This document shows, piece after piece, positions 18,790 through 27,675 of a DNA stretch of 43,280 bases (positions within the stretch are counted from its first letter, which is position 1; every line of letters starts with the position of its first letter). The DNA comes from Candidatus Micrarchaeota archaeon (GTDB lineage: Archaea > Micrarchaeota > Micrarchaeia > Anstonellales > Bilamarchaeaceae): positions 1-43,280 of the forward strand of contig JBDRIM010000060.1 in NCBI GenBank assembly GCA_043816005.1. The letters run 5' to 3'. The translations under genes were made by a program, and so were the position numbers. The notes below the pieces were generated by a model, which was not told the origin of the DNA, did no database searches, and saw nothing but the letters and a program-made list of their open reading frames with translations.

Positions 18790-20505
18790 ATGGAGTTCGA
18801 CGAGTTACTAATAACCACTGGTGTTGATGCACTAGTACGCCTTGTGAAAGAAAAACAACGGGTCGAACTAGAAGATGCGTCTGCGACGCTTAATATTCCC
18901 TCGAATACACTAGAGGAATGGGCACGAGTTCTCGAAGAGGAAAGCATACTTCGTCTTGAATACAGATTAACAAAGATATACCTTGTTTGGGTAAAACCAA
19001 GTGAAGAAGAAATAGTAACCGAGAAACAATCGTTTTATGAAGAAAAAAACGACATTGAAAACCGAGCAAAAAAATTTGGTCTTGGTGTTAAAAAAGAAAT
19101 TGCAGATCTTGGTGATCTGAAAGAATCATTCTCTGTGTTTTATGCTAAAATGTATGGTAGAATGGAGGATTTAGAAAAGAAAATATCCCCAGTTCCGGCT
19201 GCAAAAACGATATCAGATGACGCACTTGTAAAGTACACTAATGAACTCGGTGAAGTTGAAAAAAAACTGAATGAAATTAAATTTGCATTGGGAGAGGTAA
19301 GAGAAGAAATAAGTTCGATTGAAGTACACGCAGATAGTTCAAAAAGTCAAACCCTCCTTGAGAAAATTGAGAAGGGTATGGCGGAAATAAAAGAAATAGA
19401 AACGAGCATGGATGAGGTTCGCAAAAAATCCACATCGACAAAAGAATCAGAAGAATTACATATGCCAACAATAAAAGACTTGAAGAAAAAGTTTGAGGGC
19501 ATGCAAAAAGAATTTGCAGCCTTAAGGGCAAAAAATGCGCAGATAAGACAGGATATGTTAAGTCTTCATGAAAGTTCTGAGATCTTGAAAAATGTCGCAG
19601 AGTCAATTATGGGAAAGGAAGATAAAATAGCAGATTTGAGAAAGGAGACACATCAACTTTCACAGGAAATAGATGAGCTTCTTGAAAAAACAAGTAAAAT
19701 TGCCTCAAACGTGAAACAGAATGCTGATTTGATGGAGAGACTAGGGAACTCAGTAGATGTGGCAAAGGGGATTTTGAATAGATTTCCGAGTCAAGAAAGT
19801 GTTATGACAACGCTTGATAAACTCAGAGCAGATGAAAATGCATTGGCAGAGAAAAATGAATCCTTGGAGAAACTTCTTGAAATAGCAGGTGGAAAACAAG
19901 TTACTACAAAACAAGCAACTGAACTAATGAAAAAAGTTGATGAGAAAATAGAACAGACAAAAGAAGAATTGGATTCGATGGAAGCAACCTTGAATGAAGA
20001 AAAGGGTACATACCTCACATTCCAAAAAATAAAAGAGAGGATAGTTCCGTCACTTGAAGGATACCAAACGCAATTAGAAACGATGGAACAGAGAATAATA
20101 AAAATAAGGGACGATACAAATGAACAAATCAAAGCAGTGAAAACAGAGGTACAAAAACTAGATGGGTCCCTCAAAGACGGTCAAATGCAAGAAATGGTAA
20201 AAATTGCACAAGAAGTGAAAGAAAAGAAAAAAATGCTTGATGAAATAAAACAAACGCTCATTGATCTGGAAGAAATGTCAGATAATCTGAACAAGCGAGT
20301 TACCCTGCTTTCAAGAGAGGCTAAATTGTTGGAGATACGATCTGAAAGCAGTGTTTCTACAACTAGTGAATCTAAAAGCAGTACAAAAGCAGAGCAAAAA
20401 GAAAAGAGTGTACGTCAGCAGCTCGAGCTTAGTGAAGAGGAAGAACTTGAGTTCAAACAAAAACGAGAAGAGCTCAAAAAGCTGATTCAGAAATTATGGG
20501 AGTAA
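18790..20505 (+). CDS. Coiled-coil protein with an N-terminal winged-helix-like domain
   Basis: ITTGVDALVRLV...LEEWARVLEE, then a long heptad-rich E/K region. Confidence 0.8.
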   Translation: MEFDELLITTGVDALVRLVKEKQRVELEDASATLNIPSNTLEEWARVLEEESILRLEYRLTKIYLVWVKPSEEEIVTEKQSFYEEKNDIENRAKKFGLGVKKEIADLGDLKESFSVFYAKMYGRMEDLEKKISPVPAAKTISDDALVKYTNELGEVEKKLNEIKFALGEVREEISSIEVHADSSKSQTLLEKIEKGMAEIKEIETSMDEVRKKSTSTKESEELHMPTIKDLKKKFEGMQKEFAALRAKNAQIRQDMLSLHESSEILKNVAESIMGKEDKIADLRKETHQLSQEIDELLEKTSKIASNVKQNADLMERLGNSVDVAKGILNRFPSQESVMTTLDKLRADENALAEKNESLEKLLEIAGGKQVTTKQATELMKKVDEKIEQTKEELDSMEATLNEEKGTYLTFQKIKERIVPSLEGYQTQLETMEQRIIKIRDDTNEQIKAVKTEVQKLDGSLKDGQMQEMVKIAQEVKEKKKMLDEIKQTLIDLEEMSDNLNKRVTLLSREAKLLEIRSESSVSTTSESKSSTKAEQKEKSVRQQLELSEEEELEFKQKREELKKLIQKLWE

Positions 20506-20547
20506 TAAAAAGATTATTGGAGATAGATATATTGTTGTGGTGATGGT

Positions 20548-22119
20548 ATGCCGAAAGAAAATGTTAAAGATACGACAAAAAAAATAAATGAAGATGAAGA
20601 AATTGAAGGAGAAAAAGAAATTGCAACGCCAACATCTGCCATTATTGCGGCATACAACTTCACCAGTGAGAAATTACCAGTTGAAGTGAAGATAATCAGG
20701 AAACACAATGATTATGTGCCAAGGTACGAAATAAGTATTCCAGGCATAGCAGAAGGTACAAAACTGATACTTGAAACAAAGCTCAAAGGTGAACTGGTAA
20801 CTGAAGTTAAATTAGACATAAGCGAAATTCTTGATCCGAAAAAATTTGATGAAGTCAAAGTTAAATTTTTGGATGCAGCAAAAAGAATCCTTGCTAGGAA
20901 TTTTCCATCACTTTCTGAAGATAAAACAGAGATACTAGCTGTTTACCTACTTCAAAAAACACTTGGACTCGGTGAGATAGAAGCTTTGCTTTCTGATGAG
21001 CAACTAGAAGAAGTAGTAATTAATAACTCGCGAGATCCTGTTTGGGTTTATCATAAAAAATACGGGTGGTGTAAGACTAACCTTAGGATAAAAAATGAAG
21101 ATACGATCTATGACTATGCATCAATGATAGCACGAAAAATTGGGAGGCAAATAAATATACTTAATCCTATGCTCGACGCACATCTCCAAACAGGGGACAG
21201 AGTTAATGCAACCATATTCCCAATATCGTCTTTTGGTAATACAATAACGATAAGAAAATTCTCAAGAAACCCATGGACAATAACTAGCTTTATAAAATCC
21301 AAAACAGTAACAAGCGACGTTGCAGCCCTCATCTGGTTGTGTATCCAAAATGAATTATCATTACTAGTTGCAGGAGGAACTGGAAGCGGTAAAACTTCTT
21401 TCTTAAACGCAATGGCAGGACTTATTCCGGCAAATCAGCGTATAGTAACTATAGAAGATACACGAGAATTGACTTTACCATCTTTCTTACATTGGGTACC
21501 GATGGTAGTACGTGAACCGAATCCAGAAGGGAAAGGAGAAGTAAAGATGCTTGACCTAATGGTTAACGCACTTCGTCAAAGACCAGATCGTATATTGGTC
21601 GGGGAAATTAGAAGACAGGAAGAAGCAGAGGTAATGTTTGAAGCTATGCACACTGGTCACAGTGTTTATGCAACATTACACGCAGATAATTCAGAACAGA
21701 CCATTTCCAGATTAACGAACCCTCCAATAAACATACCAAAAGAAATGCTTGATGCACTTTCTGGAATAGTTGTAACTTTTAGACATAGAAGATTTGGTAT
21801 AAGACGTGTATTGGAATTTGCCGAGATAACAAAAAAAGGCGGTATGAGTGTATTATTCAGATGGGATGTGAAAAGTGATAAGACAAAAGGAGTACAAAAA
21901 ATGTCCAGTTTGGTAGACACCTTATCCCTATATGCAGGAATGGGTGAGAAAGAAATCGAAGAAGATGTTGAAGAAAAAATGGGAGTACTTGATTGGATGG
22001 CAAAAAAAGGATATGATGGGGTTGACCAAGTTGGTCACATTGTATCGAATTATTATCTCAATACGGATGAAGTATTGAATGCAGTTAAGAAAGGAAAAGA
22101 TTGGGACTTTAAGATGTGA
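20548..22119 (+). CDS. Type II/IV secretion (pilus assembly) ATPase, CpaF/TadA/VirB11 family
   Basis: GGTGSGKTS, TIEDTRE, ALRQRPDRILVGEIR, HTGH...TLHA. Confidence 0.95.
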   Translation: MPKENVKDTTKKINEDEEIEGEKEIATPTSAIIAAYNFTSEKLPVEVKIIRKHNDYVPRYEISIPGIAEGTKLILETKLKGELVTEVKLDISEILDPKKFDEVKVKFLDAAKRILARNFPSLSEDKTEILAVYLLQKTLGLGEIEALLSDEQLEEVVINNSRDPVWVYHKKYGWCKTNLRIKNEDTIYDYASMIARKIGRQINILNPMLDAHLQTGDRVNATIFPISSFGNTITIRKFSRNPWTITSFIKSKTVTSDVAALIWLCIQNELSLLVAGGTGSGKTSFLNAMAGLIPANQRIVTIEDTRELTLPSFLHWVPMVVREPNPEGKGEVKMLDLMVNALRQRPDRILVGEIRRQEEAEVMFEAMHTGHSVYATLHADNSEQTISRLTNPPINIPKEMLDALSGIVVTFRHRRFGIRRVLEFAEITKKGGMSVLFRWDVKSDKTKGVQKMSSLVDTLSLYAGMGEKEIEEDVEEKMGVLDWMAKKGYDGVDQVGHIVSNYYLNTDEVLNAVKKGKDWDFKM

Positions 22120-22123
22120 AGCA

Positions 22124-23719
22124 ATGGCTGAAGGATTTGAAGCTGCCATAGAAGAAGCAAGAAGGCTTGAAGGAAAAACAATTGGGTATGCACCCTATAG
22201 TGGAGAGGTAAAAATCGAAAACACACTTGAACTTGATCCAAAGGAGTATATGGATTATACATACCAGGACTTGTTGAATATATATGAAAGGGACCAAAAG
22301 ATCATAAGCACTTCCACCATGGGCATCTTAACAGGAGACGTGGAAAGAAAAACAACACCAGAAAATGTAACTATTGCACCAGACGTCGAAAATAAGATAA
22401 AGGAAATGACAACAGAAACTCTGCAAAAAGCAGAGGAAATTGCCAGAGAACCTGTAGTAACTGAACCAGAGATATTTATAGGATCTGATACTCCACAACC
22501 AGAACAAAACAAAATACTATTTGAATTACGTGATGCAACTGAAATAAAAAAGAAAGAACCACCTCAAATACAACTCGTTACGCCGGAAGTACCAGAACAA
22601 ATTGAGGTACCGGAAGTAAAACCGGAACCAGAACAAATCGAAGTACCAGAACAAATTGAGGTACCGAAAGTAAAACCGGAACCAGAAAAAATCGAAGTAC
22701 CAGAACAAATTGAGGTACCGGAAGTAAAACCGGAAATACAGACTGAGAAAAAGATTATTGTTGCAAATGTACCTCCAGCACTAAGTGAACCACACAATGA
22801 AGTTGCATTGGAAAGATATGAACGCATGGAAGAACAAATAAGAAGTGCTCTTGGAGATAAAAATGATGAATTGACCCTTAAAAAGAAAATGCTTGATTTG
22901 ACAAAACAACTATTCAAAGAAAAAACAACCAATAAACGTGAAGAGATTAAACTCCAAATAACAGTACTAAAGAACATGCTTGTGAATGTGCAAACTAGCA
23001 GCACAGGAAAATCAAGGAAGAAAAAGGAAGATACTACATATTCAAGATTGTTCGACACTATGTTAACAACTCAACAATCCGAAATAGCACAAACAAAAGA
23101 TAGTATAGTTGATTCTTATAAAAAACAGATAGAAGAAATCAAAAATAAATTCTATGATGAATTACATAAAGTTGATGATCAAACTGAGAAAAAAAAGATT
23201 CTGGAGTCATTTGTATTCTCGATAACATCGCTTGCGGAACAGTTACCTGAAGTTATAGAAAAATATAGAGGATTCTCTGCCAAAAAGCACATATCTGAAC
23301 TGGAAAAAATACGAGACTCGCTTGAGCCAAATGAAAAAACAGTTCTTAGTAAGGTTAATGAAAGACTTGAATATGTTGCAAACGAATACGAAAAAGAATT
23401 CTCTTCAGTTAAAGGAATAATAGGAAAGGAAATTGAGAATTTAATAGACAACGCGGGAACTGAAGTTTTCAGGAAGCCTGATGACAAAAACAAAGATGAG
23501 GATAGCCATACACAAGAAATAGTAAGTGAGATAAACGAAACAGATGAGGGTACCCTTCTTTATTATTTACATTCTAAAGATTTAGAGTATTATAGAGAAT
23601 ATGAACATAAAAGAATATCTAAATCCGAGGCAGTATTAAAAGCAAAGGAATTTATGGCCTTAGAGAAAGGCTTAAGTGATAATGTTGTTAGAAAGTATTT
23701 CAGTCAAAAGGAGGACTAA
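22124..23719 (+). CDS. Hypothetical protein with a Pro/Glu tandem repeat and helical C-terminus
   Basis: Long ORF between the ATPase and platform genes. The ATG at 22124 follows the ATPase stop. Confidence 0.8.
   Translation: MAEGFEAAIEEARRLEGKTIGYAPYSGEVKIENTLELDPKEYMDYTYQDLLNIYERDQKIISTSTMGILTGDVERKTTPENVTIAPDVENKIKEMTTETLQKAEEIAREPVVTEPEIFIGSDTPQPEQNKILFELRDATEIKKKEPPQIQLVTPEVPEQIEVPEVKPEPEQIEVPEQIEVPKVKPEPEKIEVPEQIEVPEVKPEIQTEKKIIVANVPPALSEPHNEVALERYERMEEQIRSALGDKNDELTLKKKMLDLTKQLFKEKTTNKREEIKLQITVLKNMLVNVQTSSTGKSRKKKEDTTYSRLFDTMLTTQQSEIAQTKDSIVDSYKKQIEEIKNKFYDELHKVDDQTEKKKILESFVFSITSLAEQLPEVIEKYRGFSAKKHISELEKIRDSLEPNEKTVLSKVNERLEYVANEYEKEFSSVKGIIGKEIENLIDNAGTEVFRKPDDKNKDEDSHTQEIVSEINETDEGTLLYYLHSKDLEYYREYEHKRISKSEAVLKAKEFMALEKGLSDNVVRKYFSQKED
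22586..22735 (+). repeat. Coding tandem repeat, 54-bp unit x ~2.8 (EVPEQIEVPEVKPEPEQI)
   Basis: Near-identical units start at 22586, 22640 and 22694. Confidence 0.9.
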
Positions 23720-23720
23720 A

Positions 23721-24608
23721 ATGGCCCAGATCAAGATTCAACAGAAAAAGAAGGGTGCGTTTAATGGATTATCAGAAATGCTTGCATCCAAATTTCCAGA
23801 CTTAAAGAAAAAATTGAAAATGGCAGATATGGCAGATAGCCCTGCAGAATTTATGGAAAAAATAACAAAATCAACAATATTAATTTCCATGGGCCTTGTT
23901 TTCATTGCATATATTGTAATGCTTGATAGTATTGCTTATGATTTACAGTACAAACCAGTTATGGCAATTCTCATGATTATTGGACCAATAGTGATTTTGC
24001 CACCGCTTGTATTTTTTTACCATACTCTTTACCCCGATGCATCAATAATGAGAAGGCAACGGGAAATGGATTATGAAATTGTTTTTGCAGGCAGACACGT
24101 CCTGATAGCCATGAAATCAGGGATGCCACTTTTTGATACTTTAGTGGGTGCATCAACTGGATATGGTGCAGTAAGTAAAGAATTCTCAAAGATAGTTGAT
24201 AAAATTGTGCTTGGAGTTCCAATGACTCAAGCAATGAGAGAAGTGGTACAGTATAATCCATCCAAATATTTTACAAGAATGCTTATGCAGATATCAAATT
24301 CGGTTTCAAGTGGTTCTGACGTTGCAAATTCACTTGAAAGTGTGCTTGAGCAGATATCAAAAGAACAGATAATTTCATTAAAAGAGTACAGCCAAAAACT
24401 AACCCCCATAGTGATGTTCTACATGGTATTCGGGATAATTGTACCATCACTCGGTGTGGTTTTAGCCACTGTGATTCTAGCAGCAGTAAGTGGTGGAGTG
24501 AAGGGCCTTTCATCTTTATTGTTGGTGGAAGTATTCCTATTGATAGCAGTTGTACAGTTCTTGTTCCTTGGATTTGTAGAAAGCTCCAGACCTAAATATC
24601 TTATATAA
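23721..24608 (+). CDS. Type II secretion system F family (TadB/TadC-like) membrane platform protein
   Basis: MKSGMPL...YGAVSKEF...GVPMTQAM...SGSDV. GGAGG RBS before ATG 23721. Confidence 0.9.
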   Translation: MAQIKIQQKKKGAFNGLSEMLASKFPDLKKKLKMADMADSPAEFMEKITKSTILISMGLVFIAYIVMLDSIAYDLQYKPVMAILMIIGPIVILPPLVFFYHTLYPDASIMRRQREMDYEIVFAGRHVLIAMKSGMPLFDTLVGASTGYGAVSKEFSKIVDKIVLGVPMTQAMREVVQYNPSKYFTRMLMQISNSVSSGSDVANSLESVLEQISKEQIISLKEYSQKLTPIVMFYMVFGIIVPSLGVVLATVILAAVSGGVKGLSSLLLVEVFLLIAVVQFLFLGFVESSRPKYLI

Positions 24609-24620
24609 ATGGTGTACTAA

Positions 24621-25694
24621 ATGACAAACGACAATATGTTTGAAAATGCCGGAAGGGTGCTCTTCAGCCGGGAACGTATAAAAGTCCTTGAGAAGGAACT
24701 CAACAGTGCTGGAGTTAATATGCCCTCCGATTCATTTGCTGGGTACATTGGTATCAATGTATTTGTTATAACAATATTCCTTACCTTTTTGATTTTATTA
24801 TACCAGCCAACCAATGAACTTGTCAATACTACATTTGAAGAGTATGCTCCATTTATGATGCCAGTAATTCCAGTTCTTGTATTAATTGCGGCATTTATTA
24901 TAGTTTATTTGGCAACGATGACTCTTGTTTCAAGTTATCTTCTCATGAAAACAGATGACAGAAGAAATAAACTCGAAGCAATTCTTCCAGATTTCCTTAC
25001 ATTAGTTGCATCAAACATAAAAGCAGGAATGACACTCGATCAGGCAATGTGGTATTCTGCCAAGCCAGAATTTGGACTTCTTTCTCAAGAAGTAAAGGCT
25101 TTGATAAAAAGCTCATTTAGTGGAGTAAGTTTGGAGGATACATTAGATACACTTGCAAGTAGGTTCGATTCGAGAACTTTCAAACGGACCATATTATTGC
25201 TCAAGCAGGCAACTGCAACAGGTGGTGAACTTTCTGATGTGCTTGAACGTACATCCGAAGACGTTAGAAACACACTGATAATGAAAAAAGAAATTGCTGC
25301 ATCATTAGTACTTTATGAAATTTTTGTTTTATTCGCAGCAATAGTCGGAACGCCATTTTTATTTGCAATTGCATCTAAACTTGTTGCAGTATTTGAAAAG
25401 ATTGCGCCAATAGCAAGTGGAACAAGTGGATTAGGCGGGAGTGCTGGTGGGATGTTAACAGTATTTACAAACGTTAAGTTTGCAGGTACAGTTATAAGTT
25501 CAAGTGATTTTTTCTGGTTTAGCATACCAACAATATTTGTTACAGCATTGATTTCATCATTCATGGTTAGCGTAATAAGAACAGGATCGAAGAATCAAGG
25601 AATGAAATACTTCCCAATCGTATTGGTGCTATCTTATTTAGTATATCTGATAGTCTTAAATGCAGTAGAATCAATATTTACTACAATATCTTAA
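24621..25694 (+). CDS. Type II secretion system F family (TadC-like) membrane platform protein
   Basis: LPDFLTLVASNIKAGMT...FGLLSQE...TGGELSDVL. Confidence 0.92.
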   Translation: MTNDNMFENAGRVLFSRERIKVLEKELNSAGVNMPSDSFAGYIGINVFVITIFLTFLILLYQPTNELVNTTFEEYAPFMMPVIPVLVLIAAFIIVYLATMTLVSSYLLMKTDDRRNKLEAILPDFLTLVASNIKAGMTLDQAMWYSAKPEFGLLSQEVKALIKSSFSGVSLEDTLDTLASRFDSRTFKRTILLLKQATATGGELSDVLERTSEDVRNTLIMKKEIAASLVLYEIFVLFAAIVGTPFLFAIASKLVAVFEKIAPIASGTSGLGGSAGGMLTVFTNVKFAGTVISSSDFFWFSIPTIFVTALISSFMVSVIRTGSKNQGMKYFPIVLVLSYLVYLIVLNAVESIFTTIS

Positions 25695-25705
25695 AGAGGT
25701 ATAAT

Positions 25706-26239
25706 ATGAAATTTGGAAACAGAAAAGGTCAAGCAGTAATGGAGTACTTAATTACATATGGTCTTGCATTGTTTGTCATTCTTATCGTGCTTGGGATACT
25801 TGTTGCGGTAGTCATACCTACACTTAAAGTCCCAGAAGGATGTCAATTCACGCAACCTGGTTTTAGCTGTAATCAAAAACAGCATGTCATAGTAGCAGAT
25901 AAAACTGACAATACAGTTACTGCATTGTTCTACCTGTCAAATGATCAAGGGAGTGCAGTAAACATAACTGGTGTGATCTGTAGTGCTAAACCAGCTGGAA
26001 GTGTAGAAAAATCAGAGATAACTGCCCTTACCCCATCCATAACTCTTGCCCCTGGCGGTGCATATTCATTTAATAGCACAGGTTGCACTGATGAAAATGG
26101 AGTTGGCGTGATAATGACACCAAATTCCAATTTCAAAGGTTCAATAGCAATAAAATACAAAAGAATGGATGATGTTTCAGGTGCCCCAGAAAGAATGGCA
26201 GTTGCAACATTAACAGGGAATGTACAAGAAAGTGACTAA
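25706..26239 (+). CDS. Archaeal type IV pilin-like protein (class III signal peptide)
   Basis: RKG|QAVMEYLITYG followed by a hydrophobic helix. Confidence 0.88.
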   Translation: MKFGNRKGQAVMEYLITYGLALFVILIVLGILVAVVIPTLKVPEGCQFTQPGFSCNQKQHVIVADKTDNTVTALFYLSNDQGSAVNITGVICSAKPAGSVEKSEITALTPSITLAPGGAYSFNSTGCTDENGVGVIMTPNSNFKGSIAIKYKRMDDVSGAPERMAVATLTGNVQESD

Positions 26240-26275
26240 TTTTTTTTATTTTTTAATTAATTATTTGTCCAGTTC

Positions 26276-26370
26276 AACAAAACACAAATCAAATAGCCTC
26301 TGGAGAGGCGTTAGGTTGAGTAGAAATTAATATTCTAATGCCCAGAGTTATTTGGTTCCGTGTTTATGTT
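26276..26370 (+). other. Long imperfect stem-loop between convergent genes
   Basis: AAACAC/GTGTTT, AATCAAATAG-C-CTCTGG/CCAGAG-TTATTTGGTT and GGCGTTAG/CTAATGCC, with several G-T pairs on the + strand. Confidence 0.55.
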
Positions 26371-26385
26371 TCTAGTTTTATATTT

Positions 26386-27582
26386 TTAACTCCCGTATTT
26401 TTGCGCTTTGCCAGTTATACTTAGTATTAGATTTATCATGTCATGGCCTTTTATCTGCCCAAGACCACCACTAGCACAGCTTATTTCATCGAATTTTCTT
26501 ATAGTATCATAACGTTCTCCACCATAAACAAGAATTGGAACTGCATGACTAGAATGTGCCTTAAGACTAACTGGGGTTGAATGGTCCCCAGTAACAATAA
26601 TAGATGCACCAGTTTTTTCCAGAATTGGGATGATTTGATCGATTTTTTCAAGTGCCTTTTTCTTTCCTTCAAAATCACCATCATGACCAAAACTATCGCA
26701 CATTTTTACATGCATAAATACAAAGTCATAATTCTGAATTGCTTTTGCAGTTGCAGTTGCTTTTGCCCTCAGATCAGTATTTTTATCTCCGGTGTCTCCT
26801 GTCACCATTATAACATCCATACCCATGAAACTGGCTACTCCTCGATATAGTGCCCCTCCTGCAACACATGCACCAAGAAGATTAAAACGTTCATAGAACG
26901 AAGGGGCTGGTATGTAATGGCCTGCACCACGAAGTAGTATAGCATTTGCTTTTTTTGCACGGTTTTGATTTTCTGGAGCAGATGACAGTGCTGCGATAGA
27001 CATTTTTGTGAATTTATTAATAATTGCTGCAGTTCGTTTTGCCTCGGGACTCTCATCAGTTGGTTGGCATTCTTCAATTGGACCAAGAATATGTGGATCC
27101 GTAGCACTTACGTTACTACTTAGTCCTGAACCACGCAAAACCAATACTCCACGATGTTCAACAGATGTTTTGAAGATAACTTCTATTCCATCTATTTTTG
27201 TTGGTAGATATTTTACCAGTGACGTTGCAGTTTCACTATCAACACGACCTGCACGTCTATCTATAACTCTTCCACCTTCCACAGTTCCAAAATTTGCTCT
27301 GAATGCAACGTCTCCTTCTTTTAACTTGATACCAAGTCCAAGTGCTTCAAATGGACCACGTCCGCAATAGAAAACAGTGGGATCATAACCAAGAATATTA
27401 AGATGTGCAGTATCACTTCCAGGTATAATGAATCGATCGATTGGACTTAGCATGCCAGTTATGCCGTTTTTAGCAAGACGATGAAGATTTGGAATCTTAG
27501 CTGTTTGCAGAGGTGTTTTTGGTGTTGGTAAATCCCCTAAACCATCAATTATGAGAAGAATGACTTTTTTCATGAATGACAC
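26386..27582 (-). CDS. apgM: 2,3-bisphosphoglycerate-independent phosphoglycerate mutase (archaeal type)
   Basis: IIDGLGD, PGSDTAHL, GRGPFEALG, HVKMCDSFGHDG, TGDHSTP. Confidence 0.95.
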   Translation of the reverse strand: MSFMKKVILLIIDGLGDLPTPKTPLQTAKIPNLHRLAKNGITGMLSPIDRFIIPGSDTAHLNILGYDPTVFYCGRGPFEALGLGIKLKEGDVAFRANFGTVEGGRVIDRRAGRVDSETATSLVKYLPTKIDGIEVIFKTSVEHRGVLVLRGSGLSSNVSATDPHILGPIEECQPTDESPEAKRTAAIINKFTKMSIAALSSAPENQNRAKKANAILLRGAGHYIPAPSFYERFNLLGACVAGGALYRGVASFMGMDVIMVTGDTGDKNTDLRAKATATAKAIQNYDFVFMHVKMCDSFGHDGDFEGKKKALEKIDQIIPILEKTGASIIVTGDHSTPVSLKAHSSHAVPILVYGGERYDTIRKFDEISCASGGLGQIKGHDMINLILSITGKAQKYGS

Positions 27583-27675
27583 ACGTTGAGGAGATATATA
27601 AACTTTTCAGCAGGAACGTACCTTTAATAAATTCAACCTCCAATATAAACTTCCACTATTCCTGAGGGGTGTTTT

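Noticed and set aside
18790..20505. SMC/Rad50 ATPase or chemoreceptor
   Set aside because: No Walker motifs, hinge or signalling-hairpin consensus; only a generic coiled coil.
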